Of a stretch of DNA of 64,000 nt, positions 55,255 to 64,000 are shown one piece after another (the stretch's first letter is position 1; every line of letters begins with the position of its first letter). Position numbers and translations under genes: made by a program. Under the pieces are notes generated by a model that had not been told where the DNA came from, did not search any database, and saw only the letters and a list, made by a program, of their open reading frames with translations. This stretch comes from Clostridiales bacterium (GTDB lineage: Bacteria > Bacillota > Clostridia > Monoglobales > WRBX01), in NCBI GenBank assembly GCA_031261985.1, contig JAISIR010000010.1:26049-90048 (forward strand), given 5' to 3'.

Positions 55255-58200
55255 ATGGTAAAAAAGGTAATAAGTCTTATTTTAACTGGAATAGTATTAT
55301 TTTCATCTATACCAGTTTCACCTGTCTTGGCAAATGCAAATGAAACGGACCCAATTATTCTTTATGTAGCAAATGATGGGACAGAAGAGTTTAGAACTTT
55401 TCAAGAAGTTGTAGCAAAAGTAAAAGAAATTAATACAACAAACAAGACAAGACCTATTATCGTAAATTTTAGAGCAGGTGAATATTTTTTAGATGATACC
55501 ATAAAAATGGATGCTAGTCATTCGGGCTACGAGAATGCACCTGTTACTTATCAAGCGTATAATAACGAAAAAGTAACTTTTGTGGGCGGTAAGGTAATAA
55601 GTAAAAACAACATCACTAAAGTTACAAATGAAAATGTTTTAAACAGAATTATAGACCAGAATGCTCGTACAAAAATAATGGTTATTGATTATTCTGATTT
55701 TGACGTGGAATTTCAGCCACTTATGGATAATCTAAAAAAGTCACGAGGTGCACCTGCTGTGTACATCGGGGAAACCGCCCTATCTCCTGCGAGGTATCCA
55801 AATAAAACTAGCGATAATCCTTATGTTAAGACATTAAGTGATGATTACACTGGCTATGAATATGAAGGGGATTTAGTAAAGAGCAAGATTACTTTTGTAG
55901 ACCGCGAAAACAGGGCCGACCTATGGAGCGATGGGGCACTCGACAACGCATACGTTCATGGATTCCTTCATTATTCTTGGATGGACGATATGGCTAGCGT
56001 TAAAAGTTTTGATAAAGAAACAAAAGAGTTTGATATTGGCTGGAACGAGTTTGGAGCATATAGTGACAATAACTTTTACTTCCTAAATATTTTAGATGAA
56101 ATAGATATGCCAGGCGAGAGCTATAACGACCTAGACAACAAAAAGATTTATTTTTATCCGACCGATGATTATCAGGCTTCTGATGTTTATGTATCGACTT
56201 TAGAAAAGACCATGGTTGATGCGAGTAATTTAAACTATGTTACCTTTAAAGGTTTAGACTTTAAGTATACCCGTGGCATGTTTTTTAGCTTGGGTGGCAA
56301 CAATTTAACCATAGATAATTGCGAGGTAGCGCATAATTCTACCGGTGCAATAAGTATTAGTGGCACAAACAATACAGTTAAAAATTCTCATGTTTACGAT
56401 AATGCTAACGGCGGAATTAGTATGTATGGCGGGGATAGAAATAGCTCATGGGACGCGAATAATTTAATAGAAAATAACAAAATCCACGACAACGCAAATA
56501 GGCAAAGCATGGCATATGTTGCTGCCGTCGGGGCGTATAGCATGGGGCTAGTTATACGAAACAACGAGATTTATAACAGCCCTCATCTGTTGATTAGCAT
56601 AGGCTCTGTTAACGATATCACGATAGAAAACAACGAAATTCACCACGGAGTTTCGGATGGCTCTGATATGGGTGCAATTTATTACGAAGGTGACCTTGCA
56701 ATTTTGGGGCTTGAAATTCGTTATAATTATTTTCATCATAATGGTAATAATTATGGCGGTGATTATGGTCAGCAGGCGATATTTGCAGACAATGGAACTA
56801 TCACACCGCATGTGCATCATAATATCTTTTATAATGGCCTTGATAATGGAAACACCGCAATCAAGGCTAATGGTGCACAGTTTGGGCTTGTAGAAAACAA
56901 TATATTCGCTGGGTATAAATGGCCTACGTATTTTCAAAGTTGGGGCAACAGCCAATATGTTCAAACTAATTGGTTCCTGCCACTCCATTCCGTGCCTACA
57001 TACAACGGCATTGGCACATACAATAAATTAACAACAGGAAGAGATAATCTCTTTAGAGAAGAATTTTTATCACGATATTCAGTTGATTCTTTTTACGCAA
57101 ACGCATTTTATGATTATTTTAACGCAGGACATCGTGAGGCAATGTTAGAAATAGAGTCTAATAGTATAGAGGAATGGTGGAAGGAATCGGAACTTGCCGC
57201 CGACCTTCTTGTGGTTGTCGACCAAGTGCTTACGCCAGAAGAAGCAGCTAGAGTTCGCACTATTCACCCAAAACAAGTAGACCAGGCAAACATGACAAAA
57301 CTCGGTATGGCAATGCTAACCAAGTATGGAGCAGAAAACGCGCAAAAGTTGTACGAAGATGCTGTTAAGGAATTGGAAGCAAGCGTATCAGCAAACCTTA
57401 AGGTATACGCTGAGGAACACGCCCCACAACGCTCGAATATATTCAAAGGCAATGTGTTAGTAGGCGCAAACATTCATTCTAATGGCGCAGCTGTTAATGA
57501 TAATGGAACAGAAACATACACATATCATGACAAAACTGGAATTTTAGATTCGGGCAACTCGATTTTTATTGAGTATGCAAATGACTTTACTTTGACCGAT
57601 GAAGGTTTAGAAGAAGTGCGAAAAACGAATCCAGCGTTTGAAAATATATTAATGGAGAATATAGGATATAAAGAACCTAAAACTGAAGAACCATCATCGC
57701 CGAGTCAAGGTGGCGGTGGCGGCGGCGGTGGTGGCAGCAAGCCAATTACCCCAAGCCCAAGCCCTGTGCCATCTCCAATACCCTCACCATTACCAAGCCC
57801 TAAGCCTCCTAAACCATTAATGTTTACTGATATTTCTGCTAATCAATGGTTCTTTAATAGTGTAAATTACGTATATCAAAACGGATTAATGGTGGGCATG
57901 ACCGATACTGAATTTGAGCCTAATAGGAAAGCCACGCGTGCCATGATTGCTAATATACTTTGGCGATTAGAGAGTGATGACGATGTTGCGTTAGATAGCC
58001 TATTTAAAGATGTAGATAAAAATGCTTGGCATGCCAAAGGTATTGCTTGGGCTAAAAATAGTGGTTTAATTACTGGCTATGAAGATGGCGAGTTCCGCCC
58101 GAATGGAGAGATTACTCGTCAAGAGTTAGCGACAATTATTGCTAGATACTTAAAATTCAAGGGCGAACAAAATAATATAAACGGTGCAGCTGAGTTCTTG

Positions 58201-58368
58201 GATATTGATGGAATAGCACCCTGGGCTAAAGAGAGTTGCTTGTTCTTGAAAAGTAATGGGGTTATGCAGGGGCGTGAAGGGAATATCTTCGACCCAAAAG
58301 CCCAAACAACTCGCGCTGAAACCGCACAATTGCTAACAAATTTGAATAAACTTTTGCCGCGCAATTAG
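55255..58368 (+). CDS. SLH-anchored right-handed beta-helix protein, paralog of 13318-16134
   Basis: The signal peptide starts at MVKKVISL (ATG 55255 after GGAGGA). It shares ARYPNK, YFLNILDEIDMPGESY and HHNIF..G..AIKA.GAQFGLVE.N blocks with the 13318 gene product. A G9 + PSPSP linker and three SLH domains follow. Confidence 0.9.
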   Translation: MVKKVISLILTGIVLFSSIPVSPVLANANETDPIILYVANDGTEEFRTFQEVVAKVKEINTTNKTRPIIVNFRAGEYFLDDTIKMDASHSGYENAPVTYQAYNNEKVTFVGGKVISKNNITKVTNENVLNRIIDQNARTKIMVIDYSDFDVEFQPLMDNLKKSRGAPAVYIGETALSPARYPNKTSDNPYVKTLSDDYTGYEYEGDLVKSKITFVDRENRADLWSDGALDNAYVHGFLHYSWMDDMASVKSFDKETKEFDIGWNEFGAYSDNNFYFLNILDEIDMPGESYNDLDNKKIYFYPTDDYQASDVYVSTLEKTMVDASNLNYVTFKGLDFKYTRGMFFSLGGNNLTIDNCEVAHNSTGAISISGTNNTVKNSHVYDNANGGISMYGGDRNSSWDANNLIENNKIHDNANRQSMAYVAAVGAYSMGLVIRNNEIYNSPHLLISIGSVNDITIENNEIHHGVSDGSDMGAIYYEGDLAILGLEIRYNYFHHNGNNYGGDYGQQAIFADNGTITPHVHHNIFYNGLDNGNTAIKANGAQFGLVENNIFAGYKWPTYFQSWGNSQYVQTNWFLPLHSVPTYNGIGTYNKLTTGRDNLFREEFLSRYSVDSFYANAFYDYFNAGHREAMLEIESNSIEEWWKESELAADLLVVVDQVLTPEEAARVRTIHPKQVDQANMTKLGMAMLTKYGAENAQKLYEDAVKELEASVSANLKVYAEEHAPQRSNIFKGNVLVGANIHSNGAAVNDNGTETYTYHDKTGILDSGNSIFIEYANDFTLTDEGLEEVRKTNPAFENILMENIGYKEPKTEEPSSPSQGGGGGGGGGSKPITPSPSPVPSPIPSPLPSPKPPKPLMFTDISANQWFFNSVNYVYQNGLMVGMTDTEFEPNRKATRAMIANILWRLESDDDVALDSLFKDVDKNAWHAKGIAWAKNSGLITGYEDGEFRPNGEITRQELATIIARYLKFKGEQNNINGAAEFLDIDGIAPWAKESCLFLKSNGVMQGREGNIFDPKAQTTRAETAQLLTNLNKLLPRN

Positions 58369-58522
58369 CGTGGCATATAAGGAAATTTGTATTTGAAATT
58401 CGCTGTTTATAGAAGTGTTTCAATAGCAAATTTCTTCAATAAATATGATAAAAAATGTGCTAAAAAAATGATGTTTATCCCAAAAACAACGAACATGTGT
58501 GCCTCCTGGTTCGGCGCAAAGC

Positions 58523-58551
58523 TTGACAATACCTCCATATTATGTTACAAT
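58523..58551 (+). promoter_or_regulatory. sigma-A promoter
   Basis: TTGACA, a 17-nt spacer, then TGtTACAAT. This supports the ATG at 58574 as the start. Confidence 0.6.
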
Positions 58552-58573
58552 TAATGTAATTGGGGGCAATATT

Positions 58574-60091
58574 ATGGAAATTATAAACAATGTTTTAAAA
58601 TCCGTAGCAAAAGATGACCTGCAGGACGGAGTGCTTTTTATTCCAGATTCTGTAACCGTTATCGCTTCTGATTGTTGCAAAGGGCTTCCCGAGTTGCATT
58701 CGATTGAAGGTGGCAAAAATGTCAAACTAATAAGTGCTTTTGCTTTTGCAGAAAGTGGCTTGAGCGAAATCCCTGATTGTGCTAAAAAACTACCTATTTT
58801 TAAGCGGAAAAAACTTGACAAAGACACGCAAGCTCTTATGTCAGTGTTTAACAAAATGAGTTCTGTTGAAGAGTTTAGCGATATTGGTGTTGACGAATTT
58901 GCGTTTTGCAATTGTTTTGATATGATAATGAATAGAGATAAAATCAATATTAAAAACACTCCTTTTGCAAAATTGCCGATGATTTTCTACTACGATGGTT
59001 CAAATAATGGGCATGGGTTTACTTGCCATAATTATTCGGATAATATTGAAGTTCAAAAGAATAGTTGCGGATATCTTTTTAAATTTAATGATTCAGGCAA
59101 AATCTACAGAGAGAATCTTTTTGTGTTTGACGAGGACCATTCTAAATGGGTGCAATTCGATACAAAAGGCGATATTTTGTTTATGTCAAAAGACGATGAA
59201 AGATTTAAGCCGATTATTAGTTCAATTCAAAACATACTTGCGGAAAATAATATACCATTAGACAAAGAATTATCGGACAAAATTAATTCTGCCAAAGCTA
59301 TTGTATGTAACGAAAATTTTAGCAGTGGGCTTCAAGATTGGAACGGGTTTAATGTATTGAAGGTTGAAACGAAAGGCGAAAATTATGGGCGTGAACTTGT
59401 AGGGGCACTTTTATCTGCTGTTACATTTGAATCTGGCACAACCGATGGGGTCTTTAATCGCTTTGGATATACCACATTTTTGCAAACTCTTATAAGAGTT
59501 AAACTTCCATATGGGTTCCCTAAAGACCATGATGAGTTAGCTCTATTCGCCCCTGGTGGTGGGTTTACCGAGTCGGCAATTCTTTATTTATCCGAAAAAA
59601 TTCTTGGATTGCCACACGAAAAATTAGCATTAAAAGAAAATGAAACGCTATCTTTTAGCGAGGTATCCTCTTATAGCGATGAGTGCACATATAGAATTGT
59701 AGAGGCATTAGCACATAAGCTTGGCGATGTGGCAATATTGCGTGGATTGGTTTGCGGTGCAGAATCTTTAGCAAAAGATTGCAAAGATTTAGGGGTAAAG
59801 TTTAATAAGCCCGCTAACTCCACTTTATCCGAAGAATTTAAGGTTCCTTCTAATTTATTGACATCTAACCCTGATATAAACCAAATTTTAATTGCATCCT
59901 GCCTTATATCAGAGATGACTTGTGCAGGAGCCGGGAGTTATGTGGAAAGAAATAGCAGGGCGATAATTGCCGAAATGGAAAAAATGACTCAAGAAGTTAT
60001 AGATAGAATTGGGGCAAAAGAGCGAAGTGGCTTGATTGGGTTGAACGACAATTCTAAATCTTTGCAACAATTAAATAGTCCACTGAGATAA
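58574..60091 (+). CDS. hypothetical protein with N-terminal BspA-type leucine-rich repeats
   Basis: FIPDSVTVIASDCCKGLPELHSIEGGKNVKLISAFAFAESGLSEIPD resembles LRR_5/BspA repeats. No signal peptide was seen, and the remaining ~400 aa match nothing I recognise. Confidence 0.6.
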   Translation: MEIINNVLKSVAKDDLQDGVLFIPDSVTVIASDCCKGLPELHSIEGGKNVKLISAFAFAESGLSEIPDCAKKLPIFKRKKLDKDTQALMSVFNKMSSVEEFSDIGVDEFAFCNCFDMIMNRDKINIKNTPFAKLPMIFYYDGSNNGHGFTCHNYSDNIEVQKNSCGYLFKFNDSGKIYRENLFVFDEDHSKWVQFDTKGDILFMSKDDERFKPIISSIQNILAENNIPLDKELSDKINSAKAIVCNENFSSGLQDWNGFNVLKVETKGENYGRELVGALLSAVTFESGTTDGVFNRFGYTTFLQTLIRVKLPYGFPKDHDELALFAPGGGFTESAILYLSEKILGLPHEKLALKENETLSFSEVSSYSDECTYRIVEALAHKLGDVAILRGLVCGAESLAKDCKDLGVKFNKPANSTLSEEFKVPSNLLTSNPDINQILIASCLISEMTCAGAGSYVERNSRAIIAEMEKMTQEVIDRIGAKERSGLIGLNDNSKSLQQLNSPLR

Positions 60092-60107
60092 TCCTCGGTG
60101 GTTTTTT
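60080..60107 (+). terminator. intrinsic terminator
   Basis: CCACTGAG-ataat-(c)CTCGGTGG followed by TTTTTT. The stop codon lies in the loop. Confidence 0.55.
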
Positions 60108-60161
60108 AATACTATGGTGGCTTTTTAATACTATGTCGAAGTTTTGAGAAAGGGCAATATA

Positions 60162-60608
60162 ATGGCTAATAAAAAACGATTAAATGATAAAGCTATCCAT
60201 CCCACGCAAGAATTTGTTCGTGATTTTATGGGCGATAACGCTTGGCAACGTCTTATGCGTTTTGAAGATATGTTAAGGCAGCGATATAACTTGGGCGTTG
60301 AGATGAAATTCCCTTTTGGTAATGAATATGGCTGGGGTTTTAGGTATTCACACAATAAGTCGTTATTGCTTCATACTTTCTTTGAGCAAGATGGATTTTG
60401 CGCCACAATTTCTATCAATGATAGGGGTGCAGATAAGGTTGCAGGCATGCTTAGCGATTCGCTTCCTAAAACGCAAGAGCTTTGGAAAAATCGCTACCCT
60501 TGTGGCAAAAACGGAGGGTGGATACATTATTCGGTCGAAAGTGATGAGGAATTGCTTGATGTTGTTCGATTGGTGAGTGTTAAAGTTAAACCACTAAAGA
60601 TAGTCTGA
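60162..60608 (+). CDS. DUF3788-like protein
   Basis: 148-aa ORF. The family name is recalled from similar small Firmicutes proteins and is uncertain. Confidence 0.55.
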   Translation: MANKKRLNDKAIHPTQEFVRDFMGDNAWQRLMRFEDMLRQRYNLGVEMKFPFGNEYGWGFRYSHNKSLLLHTFFEQDGFCATISINDRGADKVAGMLSDSLPKTQELWKNRYPCGKNGGWIHYSVESDEELLDVVRLVSVKVKPLKIV

Positions 60609-60626
60609 TGAAAAGAGTGTGATAAA

Positions 60627-60875
60627 ATGGCGAACGATAGTGAGCTGCTCAACAACCTAAATAAAATCCATACTACTACTCTTGGAATTGAGCGGATTAG
60701 AAGAAACTTAGAACTCGATACGACCGATGTTGTCGCTTGGTGCGTGAATAGAATTAAAGACGAAAATTGCAAAATCACACGCAATGGGAAAAATTGGTAT
60801 GCTGAAATTGATAATTGCATAATCACGATAAATGCACATAGTTACACGATTATAACAGCACACAAGAAAGGATGA
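60627..60875 (+). CDS. DUF3781 family protein
   Basis: IHTTTLGIERIRRNL...RNGKNWY...ITINAHSYTIITAHK matches the DUF3781 pattern. Confidence 0.75.
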   Translation: MANDSELLNNLNKIHTTTLGIERIRRNLELDTTDVVAWCVNRIKDENCKITRNGKNWYAEIDNCIITINAHSYTIITAHKKG

Positions 60876-60879
60876 TAAA

Positions 60880-61521
60880 ATGAGCGAAATTATAGATTTT
60901 AAGAAAATGCAAAAAGAATTATATCAGCCAAAACTTGTGCCAAGCGTGGTGGAAGTTCCGCCTATGAAATTCTTTATGATAGACGGCGTGGGTAACCCGA
61001 ATACAAGCGCGGCTTATCAGTCAGCCATTGCCACGCTTTATGGGCTTTCGTACGCTATCAAAATGAGCAAAAAGGGCGATTGTGTCCCGAAAGGATATTT
61101 CGATTATGTCGTGCCTCCGCTTGAAAGTTTGTGGCATAGCGTTAGTGGTGGTTTAATTGAAGATTTAGCTGATAAAGACAATTTTGCGTGGACAGCTATG
61201 CTCCGTCAGCCCGATTTTGTAAATGAAAGTGTTTTTGAATGGGCAAAAGAGATAATACATAAGAAAAAATCAGAGCTTGATTTATCAAAAGTCTGTTTTG
61301 AAACACTTGATGAGGGATTATGTTTGCAAATTTTACATATCGGCTCGTATGATAACGAACCCGAAGCGACGGCTAAAATGGACGAGTTTTTAGCAAACTC
61401 TGAATATCAAGCCGACTTCTCGCAAAATCGCAGACATCACGAAATATACCTTAGCGACCCGCGAAAAACAGCTCCCGAAAAGCTTAAAACTGTGATAAGA
61501 ATACCTATAAAGAAAGCGTGA
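60880..61521 (+). CDS. GyrI-like small-molecule-binding domain protein
   Basis: KELYQPK..P..VEVPPMKFFMIDGVGNPNTS..Y..AI..LY...Y....PPLE.LW is the GyrI-like pattern. Confidence 0.75.
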   Translation: MSEIIDFKKMQKELYQPKLVPSVVEVPPMKFFMIDGVGNPNTSAAYQSAIATLYGLSYAIKMSKKGDCVPKGYFDYVVPPLESLWHSVSGGLIEDLADKDNFAWTAMLRQPDFVNESVFEWAKEIIHKKKSELDLSKVCFETLDEGLCLQILHIGSYDNEPEATAKMDEFLANSEYQADFSQNRRHHEIYLSDPRKTAPEKLKTVIRIPIKKA

Positions 61522-61525
61522 TTAA

Positions 61526-62110
61526 ATGGCAGAGATAATGTTTGGAAGCCGTGCTGAATTCAGAAAATGGCTTACTGAGAATGCGTTTTCTGACGAAGGA
61601 GTATGGCTTGTTTTTAACAAACGAACGACATCGGATTGCATAAAGCCGAATGAAGCACTTGAAGAAGCGTTATGTTTTGGTTGGATTGATGGGCAGATGA
61701 AAAGCCTAGATGAAAGCTCGTATATTAAATATTTTAAGCAGCGCAGAAAGGGTAGTAATTGGTCTGAAAAGAACAAAAGGATTGCGGAATTGCTTGAAAC
61801 TAATGGGCTTATGACAGATTTTGGGCGCGCCAAAATTGAGGAAGCAAAGAAAAATGGAAGTTGGGATTTATCAGGAACTAAGCCAATGCTAACGGATGAG
61901 CAAATGAGCGAGTTTGAAGATATGGTAGAGCCTTTTGAAATCGCGTATGCTAACTTTCAAAAGATGACGCCTTCGGTTCGCAAAGCGTATGCGAGTTCCT
62001 ACTTTTTTGGTGCGAAAACCGATGCAGGTAAAGCAAAAAGATTTAACACAATAATAGAGCGATTAAATCTTAATTTAAACCCGATGGAAAGCATGAAAAA
62101 GAAAGCGTGA
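61526..62110 (+). CDS. YdeI/OmpD-associated family protein
   Basis: FRKWLTEN...EALEEALCFGWIDGQ...SNWSEKNK is the typical YdeI pattern. Confidence 0.75.
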   Translation: MAEIMFGSRAEFRKWLTENAFSDEGVWLVFNKRTTSDCIKPNEALEEALCFGWIDGQMKSLDESSYIKYFKQRRKGSNWSEKNKRIAELLETNGLMTDFGRAKIEEAKKNGSWDLSGTKPMLTDEQMSEFEDMVEPFEIAYANFQKMTPSVRKAYASSYFFGAKTDAGKAKRFNTIIERLNLNLNPMESMKKKA

Positions 62111-62114
62111 TTAA

Positions 62115-62435
62115 ATGGCAACATCAAAGGAATTTATAGAGTTTGTGTGTGAGCAAATTGCAGGAGTCGGAGAGGTTCGCTACCGAAAAATGTTCGGCGA
62201 GTATATGGTATATGTGAACGATAAGCCTGTTTTGCTTGTGTGCGATGACACCGTTTTTGTTAAAATGTTAGATGAGATTAATGTTATTATGGCAGATAGC
62301 GAGGTTGGCACTCCATATAACGGAGCAAAACCGCATTTTATCTTGGATATTGACAACGCCGAATTCGCTCAGCAAGTCGTGCAAATTTTAGAGCCGATTA
62401 CGCCCTTGCCGAAGAAAAAGAAACCGAAAAAATAG
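62115..62435 (+). CDS. TfoX N-terminal domain protein
   Basis: EFIEFVCEQIAGVGEVRYRKMFGEYMVYVNDKPV is the TfoX_N pattern. Confidence 0.75.
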   Translation: MATSKEFIEFVCEQIAGVGEVRYRKMFGEYMVYVNDKPVLLVCDDTVFVKMLDEINVIMADSEVGTPYNGAKPHFILDIDNAEFAQQVVQILEPITPLPKKKKPKK

Positions 62436-62437
62436 AT

Positions 62438-62473
62438 GCAAATTGCCGGGGCTTGACCGGCAATTTGTTTTTT
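62438..62473. terminator. bidirectional intrinsic terminator
   Basis: GCAAATTGCCGG-ggcttga-CCGGCAATTTGTTTTTT lies between convergent genes. Confidence 0.8.
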
Positions 62474-62482
62474 ATATCTTCA

Positions 62483-63244
62483 TTACATCAAACTTCCGCA
62501 ATAGGCAAAAGTTGTAAATGGGAACAAAATTTGGTCATTATTTTCGTATTCGTCAAACAAATTCTCAAGCTCGCCCACAAATGCGTTATAATTCTCGTCG
62601 CCCTCGTTTGGAGTGTACGAAAAAGTTAAAAACATATTAACAAAGTAATCTTTATTCATTGGGTAATCATATTTAAACTCACAATATTCGCAATTCTTTC
62701 CGAATATATCTTCAAAGATTTCTGGCGTGTTATAAGTAATATCGCCAAACATGCCTTTGTAAGTGGGGCAATATTTCCTGCAAATTGCAGAAGATTTTTT
62801 ATATATCTCAGAGTCGTAACTACGATTATTCCATATCAAACAAACTTTTCCGTCAGGGTGCAAAATCCGCTTGCATTCCTTGGCAAAAGCAAGCCTATCA
62901 AAAAAGTGAAACGCAAGCCCTGCAACCACAAAATCCACGCTGTTTTGAGGCAAAGTTGTATCTTTATCAAAGCCTTTTACAGATGTAAAATTGTTGAAAT
63001 TAGCTAGATTTTCCTCAGCAACCGCACGCATTTCATCATTCGGCTCGACACCATAAACGCTTGCACCTGTTTCAAGGAATCGCTCGGTAAGCATACCCGT
63101 CCCCGAGCCAACATCGGCAATTATGCTTTTATTAGTAACGCTTAATTTATCGCACAATAACGCTATAAACTCTTTTGGATATGGCGGACGATATGCGTTA
63201 TAAATCTTTGCTTTGTTAACGTTAAACAACTTTTCGTCTGGCAT
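62483..63244 (-). CDS. class I SAM-dependent methyltransferase
   Basis: Motif I ADVGSGTGMLTERF and post-I VYGVEPNDEM are present. The ATG at 63244 overlaps the upstream stop (TAATG). Confidence 0.85.
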   Translation of the reverse strand: MPDEKLFNVNKAKIYNAYRPPYPKEFIALLCDKLSVTNKSIIADVGSGTGMLTERFLETGASVYGVEPNDEMRAVAEENLANFNNFTSVKGFDKDTTLPQNSVDFVVAGLAFHFFDRLAFAKECKRILHPDGKVCLIWNNRSYDSEIYKKSSAICRKYCPTYKGMFGDITYNTPEIFEDIFGKNCEYCEFKYDYPMNKDYFVNMFLTFSYTPNEGDENYNAFVGELENLFDEYENNDQILFPFTTFAYCGSLM

Positions 63245-63498
63245 TATTTTATCCCTCGCTCCCATATCTTTCTAACAATCGGCAGGCTTGCGGTGGATAG
63301 TGCAAAGCCGATTACAGGAACAGCGGAAGATAGCAGGATATTTGCACCGATATTTACAAAATAGCTAAACGCAAGGATAAATAGATATGTCAGCGCGCAA
63401 ATAGTAATTCGCCTTGTTAGGCTGACTTCCCACGATTTATCTAGCTCGACTTTTTTGTTGCGTTCTTGAATTTTTGTGATTTCTTGTTCTATGTTCAT
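63244..63498 (-). CDS. small two-TM membrane protein
   Basis: 84 aa with two hydrophobic helices. The ATG at 63498 follows RBS AAAGGGGA. It is translationally coupled to the methyltransferase gene. Confidence 0.55.
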   Translation of the reverse strand: MNIEQEITKIQERNKKVELDKSWEVSLTRRITICALTYLFILAFSYFVNIGANILLSSAVPVIGFALSTASLPIVRKIWERGIK

Positions 63499-63500
63499 AA

Positions 63501-64000
63501 TCACATTCCCCTTTGAAGCGATATTTTTCTTTTAGGCAAATCAAACACTTTACCTTCGGTTGCACAAATTACATTGGCAAATTCTTTTTCTGCCTCGGCC
63601 TTATAATTTTCTAAACTTTCGTTATGCCAAAAATGCGTGAGTAATAGCGTGTTGGCGCCTGCCATATTGGCTAATTGCCCTGCCTGCTTGGCAGTTAGAT
63701 GCGACGAAATTGCTGGCGAATTATACTCTTCTAAAAGACTAGATTCGCAAATTAAAATATCAGCATTTTTAGCAAACCCCGCTAATTTTTCACCTGAAGC
63801 AAAATTTGTATCGGCTGTGTAAACAATGGTTTTATCTCCGTCTGATACTTTCATTGCATAGGTTTCAACAGGGTGGGTGGTTTTGCAGAAAGAAACGGTC
63901 ATATCACCAATTTTGTATGTTTTATCTTCGCCAATACTATTATAATTTGTAAATTGTAAATTATCGTGATTCATTATAAAATCGGCATCTTTTGCAGGGC
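63501..64000 (-). CDS. MBL-fold metallo-hydrolase, C-terminal part (5' end beyond the window)
   Basis: TIVYTADTNF...ADILICESS...SHLTAKQAG...LLLTHF is typical of the distal half of RNase Z/MBL-fold proteins. The frame stays open upstream of the tracked Met to the window edge, and the HxHxDH motif is not within the window. Confidence 0.7.
   Translation of the reverse strand, partial: PAKDADFIMNHDNLQFTNYNSIGEDKTYKIGDMTVSFCKTTHPVETYAMKVSDGDKTIVYTADTNFASGEKLAGFAKNADILICESSLLEEYNSPAISSHLTAKQAGQLANMAGANTLLLTHFWHNESLENYKAEAEKEFANVICATEGKVFDLPKRKISLQRGM

Noticed and set aside
60097-60134. 19-bp tandem duplication: ggtggttttttaatactat / ggtggctttttaatactat.
   Set aside because: It appears to be a local duplication of the 3' arm and T-run of the terminator after the LRR gene. 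No further structure or coding potential was seen, so it is probably replication slippage of little consequence.

Overview
This is a low-GC, Firmicutes/Clostridia-like chromosomal segment, annotated by eye from the sequence and the ORF track; no searches were run, so family names are from memory.

Layout:
(1) 1-4.3 kb: a plus-strand string of small accessory genes (helical protein + wHTH-HNH nuclease, cupin, P-loop kinase-like, DUF1643-like, GNAT).
(2) 4.3-23 kb: four very large SLH-anchored surface proteins (a thrombospondin-type-3 repeat protein, a protein with a duplicated beta-helix module, a beta-helix protein, and an N-terminal-SLH S-layer-like protein). A deaminase / P-loop / 702-aa methyltransferase-fusion cluster sits among them.
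(3) 23.3-42.4 kb: a minus-strand housekeeping run: tRNA-Pro, purC, nfnBA, cdsA, uppS, frr, pyrH, tsf, rpsB, ydcF-like, GT2, UPF0104, ACT, dapB, dapA, asd, rluA-family, rpiB, tsaB, pgm. Its intergenic gaps carry a family of ~75-bp two-hairpin repeats with covarying stems.
(4) 42.5-46.4 kb: rpmG-secE-nusG-rplK-rplA, then tRNA-Thr with an upstream 5'-half copy. rplJ/rplL do not follow.
(5) 46.6-55.1 kb: an EcoR124-like (type IC) restriction-modification operon, hsdM-rhuM-hsdS-hsdR. Its last gene, apparently co-transcribed, is a fusion of a DGQHR/ParB-like domain and a nucleoside-2-deoxyribosyltransferase-like domain. hsdS is split by a G8 tract and also carries a 3 x 12-bp TAEL repeat.
(6) 55.2-64 kb: a second beta-helix/SLH paralog, a BspA-type LRR protein, five tightly packed small DUF-type genes, a methyltransferase, a small membrane protein and a partial MBL-fold gene.

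The best candidate for an undescribed system is the DGQHR-NDT fusion gene attached to the hypervariable type I R-M operon. The structured intergenic repeat family comes second. No CRISPR array, rRNA, transposase or integrase was seen.
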